This document shows positions 10,902 to 24,137 of a DNA stretch of 64,000 bases, piece by piece (position 1 is the first letter of the stretch; the number at the start of each line of letters is the position of its first letter). A program made the translations under genes and the position numbers. The DNA is from Hydrolagus colliei. Taxonomy: Eukaryota. The stretch covers positions 21,762,001-21,826,000 of the forward strand of contig CM068747.1 in NCBI GenBank assembly GCA_035084275.1, given 5' to 3'. The notes below the pieces were generated by a model. That model was not told where the DNA came from and did no database searches. It was given only the letters and a program-made list of their open reading frames with translations.

Positions 10902-11980
10902 TACAACAACTTAAACTTATAAGGCACCTTTCACGTCGGGAGGACGTCCCAAGGCGCTGCACAGGAGGCGTGTGACCCAAGCTGGGAGGGGAGTGTTCGG
11001 GAAGGGGTGAAACATGTAGGGGAGGTCGAAAAATTCGGGGGGGAACAAAAGGCACAGTCGAAGAGGAAAGTCTTCAAACTGGCCTTGAAAGAGGAAAGGG
11101 AAGAAACGAGACGGAGGGATTGGGGGATGGAATTCCACAGGGTGGGAGCGGAGAAACTGAAGGCCCGGCCTCCGATGGTGGGGCGGTTCGGGCGGGGGGC
11201 TTGGAGCAGGCCAAGTCCTGCTGAACGGAGGGTCCTGGTGGGCTTATAGGGGGAGAGTAAATCGGTTAAATAGGGCGGGGCAAGGCCGTGTAAGGCCTTG
11301 AAGGTGAGGACGAGGATCTTGAACTCGATCCTCTGGGGATGGGGAGCCAGTAGAGATGGGTGGGGGTTATGTGGTCGCGGAGGCGGGTGTGGAATAGTAC
11401 ACGGGCTGCAGAGTTTTGGATGACCTGCAGCCTGTGAATGGAGGAGCTGGGGAGGCCGACGAGGAGAGAGTTTCCTAGTCCAGCCGTGAGGTGATGTATG
11501 CGTGCACGGGTTTTTCGGCAGCGTGGGAGGGTGAGATAGTTGCGGTGCCTGGCAATGTTGCGTAGGTGGAAATAAGCGGTGCTGGTCAAGGCACGGATGT
11601 GGGGGAGGAAGGAGAGTTTATGGTCGAACGTGATGCCGAGGTTCCTGACTGGCTTTGTGAGGTGGAGAGTACAGGCTTGGATGTTGAGGCTGGCAGCGCC
11701 CGATGTGCGGAGGCGCTGGATTGAGCCAATTAGGAGGGCCTCGGTGTTGCTCACGTTCAATTGGAGGAAGTTGTCCCTCGTCCAGGACTCAATGTCGGAC
11801 AGACATGCTGTCAGAACATCGATGGTCTGGGGGTTGAGGGATGAGGCAGAAAGGTACAGTTGGGTGTCGTCCGCATACATGTGGAAATTTACCCCATGTT
11901 TGCGGATGACATCGCTCAGAGGGAGCGTGTAAATGGTGAAAAGGAGGGGGCCGAGGACAGAGCCCTGGGGGACGCCGAAT
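10902..11980 (-). mobile_element. L2-clade LINE, 5'-truncated (second subfamily)
   Basis: ORF 11266-12000 contains [47 protein letters not shown] and [10 protein letters not shown]. 3' tail CAGCGCCTTGGGACGTCCTCCCGACGTGAAAGG..(TTG)n. Confidence 0.95.
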
Positions 11981-11984
11981 CCAC

Positions 11985-12150
11985 AATCACTACACTTCAC
12001 AGCAAAATTTTGTGAAGCACTTTGAAACGCCTTGATGATGTGATCAGACAGCAGTAAATCACTTAAGCTTTCTGAGACCCATATAAATGCAATATAAATG
12101 CGCCATATAAATGCAAATTGTTGTATATAAATGCAAGGATTATTATTATA
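11985..12150 (+). mobile_element. SINE/L2-type 3' tail with stuttered ATATAAATGC repeats
   Basis: GTGAAGCACTTTGAAACG..., four ATATAAATGC copies, then AAGGATTATTATT. Confidence 0.65.
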
Positions 12151-12349
12151 TTGGAGAAGTAACCATATATGCCTGATTTAATCAGACCAGAACTGAATTA
12201 ATTGTGTGCTTGCATATTTCAGCATTGATAAAGGACCGAGTTTAAATGTTCATGCTACTGGTATTCATCATTGTTCCACTGAAACCAGCTCCCTCTGTGG
12301 TCTAGGCAGAGTAGTTTCTTTTCACATTGTCTTGCTCAGGTTGTATATT

Positions 12350-12630
12350 CATCAATGAGCCATGGTGACCATATGAGCTATTAATCCAGTCAACTCTGGG
12401 AGTTATATATATATAATGCCTGCATACCTTCCAGTAGGTGATTTCGGCAGAAATCAGGAGCAGGAATCTTGGTTGATATTACCCTTCTTAACCTCGAGGT
12501 TAATTGTAGTACCTTTCATTGCCCAACTGAAATTAGCACAGACTCAGCACAGACTGATTTGAACCTGTGGTTTTCCAGTCTGTGTATGTTTTGTGTTGCA
12601 TCAGACTGATACGTTACTCACTTAGCCTGG
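12350..12630 (-). mobile_element. Ancient AmnSINE2-like SINE relic
   Basis: ATCAGGAGCAGGAATCTTGGTTGAT, AATTGTAG..CTGAAATTAGC..ACTCAGCACAGAC..TTGAACCTG..AGTCTGTGTATG match the reverse complement of the recalled AmnSINE2 consensus. The family name needs a Dfam/Repbase check. Confidence 0.55.
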
Positions 12631-14429
12631 ATGGTTTAAGCTTTATGCAGATAAAGCCAATTTCTTACTGGGAAATACTGGAGACAGAATTCTAGCATGA
12701 TTACATAAAAGCAATGGACTAATTAAACTTGGGTCGGATATATACTCTAAATGTGTCCCAACAACGATGCACAGTTCGTGTGAAATATCTTTAACTAACC
12801 AGTGCCCAGAATTGCAGGTTCCTGAAATAGAAACATTAGTTTTAGCTGTGGATTCTTGATGGGCTTAAAAAAAGAAAAGAGCACTTTGAAGTTAGATTGC
12901 AGTCCACACCTGCAGATCATGATGAGAATCTTATGTTTATGTTTCCAAACAAGACATGTTTCCGAGCTGTGCTGCAGTACCAGAGAATAGTTTGCAGGGA
13001 AGACACCATTAAGGGAGGGATGGAGGAAATCTTAGAAGGGCAAGTTGTCCAGAGACAGTCTTATTTATGCCTCTCCTAGAGACAAGTCAGACATAAGTGC
13101 GGCATAAGCAGAGACTTGGAAATAGGTTATCTGCCTGGTGTCTCTTCCTGGAATCAGTGTGCAGCCTATGGGGAGAGAAAAAAAAGGAAAGACCTATTTC
13201 ACATTCCAGTGTTCACTGTGCAGATGAACTGAAGGGAGTGCGTTAGAAAAGCAACCACAAGAGTGTGCTGTCACATCAATCTTTGAGCCTGTTCTACCTA
13301 TCTCCACTTGGTATAATTTGCAGGAATTTCATGAATCTTGGCAGCTATATTAGCCTAAGAATCCTAGGAACTGATATTCCTTATAGAATGGCACAATATA
13401 ATAGCACAGCAAAAGGCTATTCTGACCAATATATCCATACGGTGTTTTGTTGCCACATCAGCCACAAAAGCTCATGCTAAGTTCCTTTATCACTCCCTAT
13501 GCCCTTTAATATCCTTTTTTTTTCCCCTGAAGAAAATGGGAAGATGCTTTCCGAACTAACTAATTTCTAACAAAAAAAACACATGAGCAGCTGACAATCC
13601 CAAACATGTGAAATGTGATTCGGTTAACATCAATGGAGCTTGACGGTGCTGCAATGAATTCTTCAAAGTTCAAGCCTTTGATTTGGATTCAACACAAAAT
13701 TCATCTCTTTTGGTTAAAGATTTTCACTCCAGTTTTGGAGGAGTGGGAATGCTAAGTCAAATCTTGTGTAGGCACTAACACTCCTGTCTCCATATGTTTA
13801 CATTTTCACTACAATTAGTGAACATAGGAATGTCAGTTCAGCTTTTGGTTTAAAAACTCCCTCCATATTCTGCAGAGAATGTACATTTGTATGTGAGTGC
13901 AATTTAAATGTATGCTGTAAATCACAATGACACAAGAATCCATGGGTTTACAAAGCAGCAGAAAGGTTAAACCCAACGCACAGAAAATTCTAACAAGGGG
14001 TTCTTTCTCTGCTCTTTAGCTACATATTTTTAACGGAATTCATCACATGATCCTTTCGGAGGAGAACGTTAAGTGGAGACTTCCAACAGCATTACCTTTT
14101 TCAAAACTATCTATAAAAAATAATGTGGCTGCAGAACATTCTTTTCAAGTTTCTCTACCTGTGCCTCATTTGGGGGATTAAAATGTGAATAACATTAATT
14201 TATTGGAGACAAAAAATACCCTTATGGTCATCAAAATAGCAAATACTGTACAGCAAACAATCGCTCCCAGTGGCATAATGTGTTGCTGTCGGAATAGGAG
14301 AATGCAGTTTGTCTTTTTTCTTTTTGTTGAGTTCCTCAAACTTTTTCTTTAAAAAGCTTTGATTGAAGTTTTTAAGGAAGGGAAGAAAAGAACACAAAAA
14401 CATCATCCTGCACTGCAACTTCTATCGGC

Positions 14430-14650
14430 CTCTTATGAAATAACAATCCCTCCAAAAAAACCACAATAATAAAAATTGGTCATTTTTCAAGCCATGACTG
14501 TTTGTGAGACATTCTGTGAGCAATTGACTGCCACATTTCACCCACAAATATACAGTCAATTCACTTTACAGTATATTCTGTGAAGTGCTTTGAGACATTG
14601 ATAACATGTGAAAAGCGCTATAACAAATGCAAGAATTATTATTACTATTA
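14430..14650 (+). mobile_element. tRNA-derived SINE, 5'-truncated (short subfamily)
   Basis: AAATTGGTCATTT..GACTGTTTGTGAGAC..CAATTGACTGCC..CACAAATATACAGTCAATTCACTTTACAG..GAAAAGCGCTATAACAAATGCAAG(ATT)n. Confidence 0.88.
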
Positions 14651-16756
14651 TGAAATTCTAGCTTAAGAGTACTTGTTAGGAATTTCTATTTGGTGCAAAA
14701 GACCAAATTGCAACTTAACAACTTCCACTCAAATGGAGTACTGTACTGTGGATGTAAAGCCTCTTGCTCAGCAGTATCCAAAACCTCAGCTTTTGTTCAT
14801 GGAACACAAATCAAACCATTAAATATTAGCGGCTTTTAATTGAATTGCTCCAAAGGATAACCCAGAAAGAATTAATCATCTGTAAAAAGTAATCCCTGAT
14901 GGCTGCTTAAATTACAGTTTTGTTTCAAAGATGTAACGTTTTAATTGCTATTTTGACTGCCCCAAATATGCTTTGTGGACAAGGACTATGAAATGCATTT
15001 TTTACGTGTCTGATAAATATAGCTATATTATTTTCACTTATATTTGACCTCCTACGAGGAGTCTTAAAAAAAACTTTGCGCTATGGATCTGCTTTATGTT
15101 ATGGAAGCTATTCTTTGTCAGCAGTTATGCGATGCGGTGGTAATTAGAATTTTACGTTTGTTGATCCATAGTCGGCAAGCTACAGTGGGAAGCCATTCGG
15201 CCCGTTGTATTAGTACTGGTGTTTGCACCTACAATGAAGACATCAATCCTAATCCCATTCACTGATCTTTTCCTGCATCCTCTAATCCATTCTGTGATGT
15301 CGTCAGCGGTCTTGTGGGGAATTAACTTCAATGCAAACAAGCCTTAACGGTGCAATATAAATTCTGATATCTGAATATTTCTGTATGATTTTGAAGAAAA
15401 TATAGAATTTTGGAATGAGTGATGGATTTCCCAAAGACACCAGATTGATCCTATTTTACCCAATTGATTTATTCCGTAAAGTCATTTTTGTTCTATTGCT
15501 TGTAGCTTAATATATTTTACTATGGGTTTTCATAAATTCTCAATTTTTTAGATTTTATTTCAGACTAGCATGTGCTTGTCATACATCACCTGTAATTCTC
15601 GATGTCTGTCTCTGCACCCTGTCAAAATGGTAAAGCCTTCAAATTCTTATAGTCCAACAACATGGGGACATTTTTTTCATCCTTGTCAGTTGTCACTGCT
15701 CTCACTTGCCTCAAGTGCAAGAAAGGTGTATGCGTGGAAAGAACCTATTCTTCAAACCTGTCATATCGTATAGAGCAAAGATGAGAATCATTGAAAAGCA
15801 ATTTTCTATTGTCTTCTCAATTGCATCAAGGAACCAGATGTGAAGTATACTTCTGGGGATCAATAGGGAAAGGACAAAGGGATTTAATGTTTTTATGAAA
15901 CATTCCTTCTACTTTAAATTTAAATTGAAGACCAAGTTGTGTTTTAATTACTATGTTAATTACAGAATTTAAAATTGTTCTGGCAGTGAAGGAGTATCTT
16001 GAAAGGCTTTCTCAGTAGAACGGTTAAATGTATTTTTTAAATTCTGAAACTTGGTAAGCAGTCGGGTGAAACATCCACATTTACATGCGGTGAAAGGCAT
16101 GAAATACATCCAAAGGAGATATCTTCTTACCTATTTCCCTTGACAAAGATTATTTTGACCTGAATCATGCAAGTGACAATTGAGGATCTTGATGATACTA
16201 ACACTTATCAAGAATTATTTTTTAGCTGTCTTTCAAAGCAATGGAATTCATCAGTTGAAATAATGCAAAACTCATTGTGTCTAGCTGTGCAGAGTTGATG
16301 TTCTGGCTTCAAACAGTCACTTTGAAAAGGATGCCAAGCGTGAGAGATTTCTAGACTTTGATTGAGCTATTTTCTTCTCATATGCCTTACATAATGAAAA
16401 CCTAAATCTCTTCTCACATTGAATATGCTCTGCATAATTATGGCTTCTTGCTTTTATGTTGCGTAAGCCTTGGGGTTCATGCTATACAAATGTGGAAAGT
16501 GATTTTTAACTTCATTTTTCAGACATAAATTGTATTTCTCTTTGTAGCACAGATAAGGCCTTGACTAAGCGTCTCAAAACTGTAGTAAAAGGTGAAACCT
16601 TCATCTTGAGGTTTTGAATTAGAACTCAGCTCAGACTGATAATGTGAAAGCATCTGTTTATTGGCCATAAGTGTTAGAGTTGGTGAAGAACTGGTTAAAA
16701 TTAGTATAGACTGTTAAAAACAGAGAGTGGGCTAGAATGATGCCATGTGATATTTT

Positions 16757-17358
16757 TGTATAACTGCTGTATAAGATAAGGGAACGTTGCTACACGTAGT
16801 TTGAGTCGTCAAGGTCACCATTAGAAACCGGTTAGAACAGACGGTAAGAAGAGCTCGTTTGCGAAGAAAGGCAGAGTTGGGTGTAAAAGAGGATGTGGAA
16901 TACGGAGAATGTCTGAGAGTGGCATGAGATGTTCACGTGAACACCATGTGTCCAAGAAAGGATAAAAGTGTTGAGGCAAAGAAATAGAGCAGAGCGGAGA
17001 CGGAGGAGCAGAAGGAGAAGGACCTGATGGAAGATACTGTAACGTGACAGTAGCCAAGCCGCTCTCGAGAAAGGGAACCAACTGATGGAAGAGCTGTAAC
17101 GTGACAGCAGACCCCCAAAGAGATCAACACCCCTACTTTTCCCCCCCAGACCTTGAAGAAGGAGGCAAGGAAGAGAAAGGACTATTCCCTTTTAACCTGA
17201 AGAATGCGTGCCGGGTAGTATATTGGTGTATGAGATTGCATTATGAGAAACGTAGTGTATTGTTTGTGCCTTGTAGTCGTTTTATATGCTTTAGTGTCAG
17301 CTCAATGAGTATACCTGAATAAAATAACCTGTTTTAAAATAAATGAATCAGTAGTACA
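16757..17358 (+). mobile_element. Possible solo LTR
   Basis: TG...CA ends with an imperfect terminal IR (TGTATAACT vs AGTAGTACA, 7/9). Purine-rich, CpG-retaining body with an internal ~30-bp direct repeat and two AATAAA near the 3' end (17318, 17338). No clear TSD. Confidence 0.4.
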
Positions 17359-17425
17359 TGGTCAATCGGAGGCTGGCTGTAACCTAATTTTTGACTGGAG
17401 AAATTGATATTTCACCTGAGAAATT

Positions 17426-17750
17426 AATCATAGAATCATAGAATCATAGAATTTTACGGCACAAAAGGAGGCCATTCGGCCCATCTAGTCTGTGCCGGCT
17501 CTTTGAAAAGAGCGATTCAATCCCACTGCCCTGCCCGCTCCCCATAGCCTAATAGACCCGTTCTCCCTAAATAAAGATCTAATTCCCTTTTAAAAGTTGT
17601 TATCGAATCAGCCTCCACCACCTTTTCAGGCAATGCATTCCAGATTCGAACAACTCGCTGAGTGAAAAAATTTCTCCTCAGCTCCCCTCTACTTCGCCTT
17701 GAAACTATTTTAAATCTGTGACCACGAGTCACGGATTCACCCACGAGTGG
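17426..17750 (-). mobile_element. CR1 LINE 3' fragment
   Basis: (ATTCTATG)n octamer tail at 17426-17451. Encodes the CR1 ORF2 C-terminus TRGHRFKI..RRNFFTQRVVRIWNALPEKVVEADSITTFKRELD. Confidence 0.93.
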
Positions 17751-20700
17751 AATCCGTGACTCGTGGTCACAGATTCCACAGATCTCTAACATAAGTACTC
17801 TGTGTGAAATCATTTGGGAATTGCAATCCAGGAGTACAATTCTCTGTGTTTGGCACAGTGGGGGAAACGTATATACATGTAAACGGTGGAGAAATTGATC
17901 AGTATTGTGAAATTTTTTGAAATTTCAAAAAGCAATGAAAAATGTTTGCACAAAAATAAGTTAATCTGACTTTTTCAAAGACTTGCTCAAGAAGTTACGT
18001 TAGAAAATTCCACAACTGAAACTGCATTGATGTCAAAGAAAGAATGAGTATTACAGTGGGGGGGAAAAAGCTGTAAATTGTTTACAGCAGAAGTTGAAGG
18101 GAATTTTACATAAACGTCATATGCCTAAAACCAAAATTAAATCTAACCTAATAACACTTCAGTCACTGGGAGATTAGTTTGGGAAAATGAATGGCCATTA
18201 AAGGAATTTGAACCGGATATTTCCGCTCATAAAATCCACAAGGATACATCACTTTACCGTATATCCTGTGAAGCACTTTGAGACTTTTCGATGATATACA
18301 GTAATAAGATGCTGTGTCAAACACAAGGAGTAATACAAAATTTTTATATTCTTCTGATGCACAAAATATCTCTTTTCACACACGTGTAAAGCATCCTTTG
18401 GGACGTCCTCCAGACATGAAATGTGCTTTACAAATGTAACTGTGTTTCTGTGAAGCCTGTGATACACTATTTTCAGCGTAAATTTAATGGCATTGGATCT
18501 GCACCTGAAGTTGATAATGTCAAGCATGGTGAACGTAACACTGTTAAACCTGTCTTTGAGATGCACCCAATAAAATGGAATCTTCAATGAAACATTTTTC
18601 AATTAAACCATTCCCCCTACCCACTTTTAAATCATCTTCAAATAAGTTTAGTATGTGATAATATTTATCAACCCTGTGGTAGAATTTTATTGCAGAATGC
18701 CAACATTAAATGGCCAAAACACACTTTTTCTACCTAAGGGAATTTAAAGACCTGATTCCAATTTCGCTGACTAGATCTGTCTCCCTCACTCGCATTATGT
18801 CCCCTGCAGTAATCAAGCAGGATCAGATTGACTTCTAGTTAAAAGATGTGGATTCAAGCCCTCATTGAGACTTCTTTTATGTTGTGAAAAGCGAAGGCCC
18901 CCCAAACAACAAATAAGAAAATTACCATTTTGTGTAAATGCCAAAATGTCTTTTTTATGTTGGTGATGTTTTCAAGCACTTAAGAAGTTCAATAAACATT
19001 GTGCCTATAATCCTTATTGTATTGTTCATTAAAAGTTTGTAATTGCATTTAAAATAGCATCAATTTCTGCTTATGCCAGCTAACATCTTTTAATTACACC
19101 CCCTCTAGATTTTTTTAAATTATGACTTGAAGTAATTACCGAAGCGATTTCTCACATACTGCACTTAATTAAAAGAAGTTCAGTTGATCCCTTAGGCAAA
19201 CCTCCCAGTTTTTTTAAAAAAAATCTTCATATTATCTATAATAGGTAAGGCAAGACGTTGCAGCAGTCTGGAACAAAAATGTTTGTGGCTTCAGGACAGG
19301 CATAACGGAGTTTACTGCAGATTAAATTGTGATAAATTGATCACTCTGAAGAGATGAGCAGCTTTAACTCCTATCTTACATCTCCTGGGTTGTAAGCAGG
19401 ACAACTAGGACCAGGGCTAAAAAAAAAGTTACTTGGTGTTTCTGAACACCATTCAGTGTAAGTATTTGGCAGGAAGCCACATTAACATTACCTGTGCAAC
19501 CTGGGATCAAGAGTAGGCCAATCAGATCAGCATTATTGTCCTCAACTAAATTATCACTGTTATCATAGCTAAGCCTATTAACATATTTAGCAGAGAGATG
19601 GACTAGCAGAGAAAGGTCTACACCTTGCCAGCCCAGAGCAGACCCATTGTATCATAAATAATAAGTATAATCCTTACATTTGGTATAACACCTTTCACAT
19701 CTGGGGATGTCACAAAGCACATTAAGGGATATACAGTACTATAAAGTGCAGTGTTATACTATAAATCTTGTTTCATGAGCGAACAAGATTATCAAAGAGA
19801 TGTGTAACTGGATTGTCAGCTGTCTGCAAGACAATGACTGCAAGCAGGAACCCTGGCTTGTGGTCTTCTCCATAACCAACGTAACCTTGTGATGAGACGT
19901 TGTATTAATTTTAACAAATATCTCCATGGGACCATCCAGCTTTAATCTTTCCCAGTTTCACTTCTCTTTGATTCCTTTACATCCATCATCAAGCTAGGCC
20001 TATCATTATTCATTATTCCTTCAGGTAGGAAACTAGTTGAATGGGACACTGCTTTCAATAGCAACATCACTCCTCGACACAGATAGACACGTTATAAATA
20101 GGCCAAGATGGCAGGAATGGCAGATTTTCCTGGGGGGAAGGAATGTCATTTTCTCTAAGTGTTTAAAACAGGTTTGAGAAATTATAACCAAGAAATGAGC
20201 TGCAGAAAACCACACGTACATTTTCTTGAAAGTTTTGTGATTGATATTGTGATGGAAGCGTTTCCAGATCTTTTTGAAACCAACATAATTGAAGAACATA
20301 ACTGTTCCAAAACTGTCTGCATGTGATTAAAACATGCAGTTGATCTGTGGCATATTCGAGTTTGAAACACTGACATTTTAATGAGGTTTCAAAGACTGAA
20401 TAGTGTTGGCATGTACACCCCAGGACTGAAACTGTAATATGAACAGCATGATTTAGGGAACAAGCAAAATAATTCAAATAGCTTAGAGGTCTGGTTCTGC
20501 TTTTCTCCCCAGCTGTAGTAAGCTGGGGACAGTAGATGGCCCTAAATTAATTTCAGATTTTTATGAATGATATAAAAGAACCTTTTGGCCCCAAAAGAAG
20601 ATTGAGTAAATTTACACTGCAAGCACAGAAGCCCACTGAGATTACTTTCGCTATCTCTTTGACTCTGAATTTGTTTTCCACATATTTTATATGTATATAT

Positions 20701-20809
20701 TTTAAATGAATGTGTCTATCTCTATCAAACAGAAATATATATTTTATAAATCAATACAACTTAATATGTTTTGAACATTTGATGGCAATTTGGGACATAC
20801 AGTAATTTG

Positions 20810-21760
20810 GCAGACGTGGTCAACTCCCACATATACATGGAAGATATCCAACTGTATCATTCTGCCCCCATCCTTCACTTCAGGATCACTACTGTGTTGA
20901 CCACAGACATCAAGTCCGGGATGAGAGCTAACTTTCTTCAGTTGAATGTCAACATGACCCAGGCCCTCCTCATTGGCTCCTGGTAGCACCTCCACACCCC
21001 AAACACTGACAGTATCATCATCCATGGATGCACACTCCATCTTTCTAATCCAGGCCAGAACCTTGGTGTCTTGTTCACCCCTCAACTATCCTTTCTAGCC
21101 CACATCTGTGCCATGACCTGCTCTGCCTTTCCTCACCTCAGCACAATTGACCGGCTCCACCACTGTCTCACAACGCCGGCTGACGATATTCTCATACATG
21201 CATTCATAACATCCAGGCTTGATTATTGCAAACTCCCTGCTTGTCAGCCTCCCCAACTCTTTCTTCCACAGGCTGCAGATCATCTAGAACTCTGCAGCCA
21301 TATCCTTTCTTGCACCATGCTCCGTGACCCTATTAACCCCATCCTCGCTCGACTCCACTGACTTCCCACAGTTCATGATTCTGGCCTTCACCTTCAAAGC
21401 CCTCCATGGCCTCGTTCCCCCTAGCTCTGCGACCTCCTAACCCTCTACCAATCTCACCACTCAGTGGGCTGCAACCTGCTGCACGTCCCCTGCCTTGCTG
21501 GCCCCACCATTGGCGGGTGGACCTTCAGCCACTCTGCCTCCACCGTCTGGAACTCCATCCCGTAGTCCCTTAAGCTCGCCCCATCCCTTGCCTCCTTCAA
21601 AATCCACCTGAAGGGCCTTCTTTTCAACTGTGTTTTCGATCAACATCCATCCCCCCCCATCCTCCACAATCCTGAACCCTAGCTCAGGTCCAAAATACTG
21701 CCTATCGATCCAGTGCCTTTCTGGTTGTGAAAGTTGCTATACACATGTAATTTTGCTGTT
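20810..21760 (+). mobile_element. Degraded L2 LINE 3' portion
   Basis: Fragments of NFLQLNV, LSFLAHI, LIHAFITSRLDYC and PILARLH, followed by an L2-type 3' end. Confidence 0.88.
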
Positions 21761-23496
21761 GTATTTGTGCTGTGGCAAACAAATAATTAGTGCCCTTGGA
21801 GAAATGGCATTGACATTATTTGTTGAGAGGAAGAGAGCTAGATTGATATTTGACATAAGAATTGAATGAAAGGAATAATAAATATTCTGTGGTTTTCTTT
21901 ACATTTTGGGACTGGCCAAATCGATTAAAGGTTCTTTTCAGTCTCGTACATTCATATGAGAACCAGGAATACTGTAACTATAACACCATTGGCTTATGCT
22001 ACGATGTTTATGACTCGGTCACACACGTTATCAACAACGGTTTTCTATTGGTGCTGTTTGTTGCACATTGTGCTAGTGGGGACGAAAATTAGCAGATGGG
22101 TTGGAAACCCTGATTACCTATCAAATAATGCTAACCCTCTTTCCCAGATGAGGGGAATGAAAGATGATTTATTTGAGTCAGGTAGCTCCATAATAATTGC
22201 TTCAAAAAAATTAACGAATAAATTCACACTCTTGTTAAATGTACAGATATACAGTATGGTGTGAAGTAGGGTTGAGATATGAATCAAAAAAAGGTTGGAT
22301 TATTTGACCAAATGCACTTTTTCTTCTATGAGATCCATTTCCAAGCACAAAGGGATCATTATATATGATAAACCAATACTGTTCGAGTTACCTGAGGCCC
22401 ACTAATCACTTCCTATTGACACGTTTATTTTTGTGTTCATTTTTGTGTGCATTGTGTCTGTGTGTGTGTCAGAGCGAGGGTGCAAGCACGAGTATGACCC
22501 AAGAGAAACAGTACAATCAACTGCTCATTTTGTAGCACGCACATAGAAGATTTCCAAAGTTAGGAGGAATATGGGTTTCTCTAGACATACACTGGAGGAA
22601 CGTGTCTGTACCTTACTATTGCTGTTAATTCAGATGAATGCCAGAAGCATTTCAGGGCAATACTGTACCATATTGATACATATGGGGGGGGGGTCACTTG
22701 GGTGGATGGTCAGTGCTCTGTCAACAGTCTGGAATACAGAAATATTGTTTTTTTAAATCTCACTTGGTGTATTTAATGAGCTAGCTAAAGTCATCCCTGG
22801 TACTAATGTCTTAACCAAAGAGCTCATAAGGGCTTTTCTACTGACCCCGACTCTGACCTTAACACCAGGAAAATGATTCATTGGATTGTCATGGGATACA
22901 GATATTTCTGCTGTGTACATAGAGAAAAATGGTATCCAATGTATCAAAGATCATTCAATTCAAAAACCTTGTTATTACAAAGTGGGATGGGACTGGGGGA
23001 GGGCTGGGGGCGGGGGACAGTCTGAGAGAGCTACATTAAGAATACTATTACTGACACTGGTCTATTTTTACAGACCTTCTGTTGGTTGATGGAGATAATA
23101 TTGTTCAGCTTTCAAGTAAGCTGAATACTTTTAGTAAATGTCTAACAGGAAAACACCTTTCAACATTTTAACTCGAGGCTGCTTTTTTTAAAAACAAAAT
23201 TATATTTCTTTGTCTGAAAACAAAACCTGCCATTTGCACAATTAAAATGATACACTTTGAGAATGTTGACAGGCTTTACCTTATCGTACAATGAATCTTC
23301 CTCAGAGTCTCGCAGTCGTCCCTTACCAACTGATTATGTTTCATGGCGGTAGAGTTTATTGGAACTTATAGATACTGTATTATCGTGACTGTTTACAGTA
23401 CTCCAGGATACATAGACTATTTTAGTGCGTTTTGTTTTCTATATTTTCTATTAGTTTATTCAAACAGAAGCATAATGGACTGAGTATACATATATA

Positions 23497-24137
23497 CAGT
23501 TGGCACTCGCCAAACGTGGGGGTTACGTTCCTGGAAAACAGCGCACTTGGTAAAATCGCATTCGGTAAGCTTAATAAGTAATGGGAAAAAAGAATTAGGG
23601 AATCCATCCACAGGCTATCCAACCTCAAGTCTCCAGGCACATCCACACCCATCCAACACAAGGTAAGTAGTGAGGCGGCCTAGAGCCGGCTGGCCCGCTC
23701 TCCCTGCTCCTCACTCTCCCTGCTCTCACTGACTGACTGGAGACAATAAAATAGCACCTTACACTACCACACTTGGCTAAATTATTTTACCTTTGGTCCT
23801 GGAAGTGTTAGGAGACTCTCTCTCTCTCTCTCTGTCTCTTCTATTTACCAAGCAGTGCCATCAGGTTGCTCTGATGCCAAGGAATCATCGGACTTAGACG
23901 GGAGTTGGCGGCATCCTTTAAGTGTGCATTGCGCGCAGGGCCAGTGTCCTCCCAAATGCGCATGCGCACAGGGCCAGTCAGCACTTATACGCAAATTTTA
24001 TTCGTGTTGTGCAAAAAACTGCCTCATTCATTCATTCATTCATTCATTCATTCATTCATTCATTCATTCATTCATTCATTCATTCGCGTATAGGCAAATC
24101 AGCACTTGAGAAAGTCGTATTCGGCAAGGGTTGACTG
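23497..24137. mobile_element. Tigger-like (TcMar) non-autonomous element
   Basis: TA|CAGTTGGCACTCGCCAAACG ... CGTATTCGGCAAGGGTTGACTG|TA, i.e. imperfect TIRs with TA TSD. Also carries the GGGGGTTACGTTCC motif typical of Tigger ends. Confidence 0.75.
24024..24085. repeat. (TCAT)n microsatellite, ~15 units
   Basis: Perfect tetranucleotide repeat inside the Tigger-like element. Confidence 0.98.

Noticed and set aside
15564-15629. 66-nt plus-strand exon-like segment with an EGF-like SAPCQNG word
   Set aside because: The cysteine spacing is not maintained in any single frame and there are no partner exons; probably chance.
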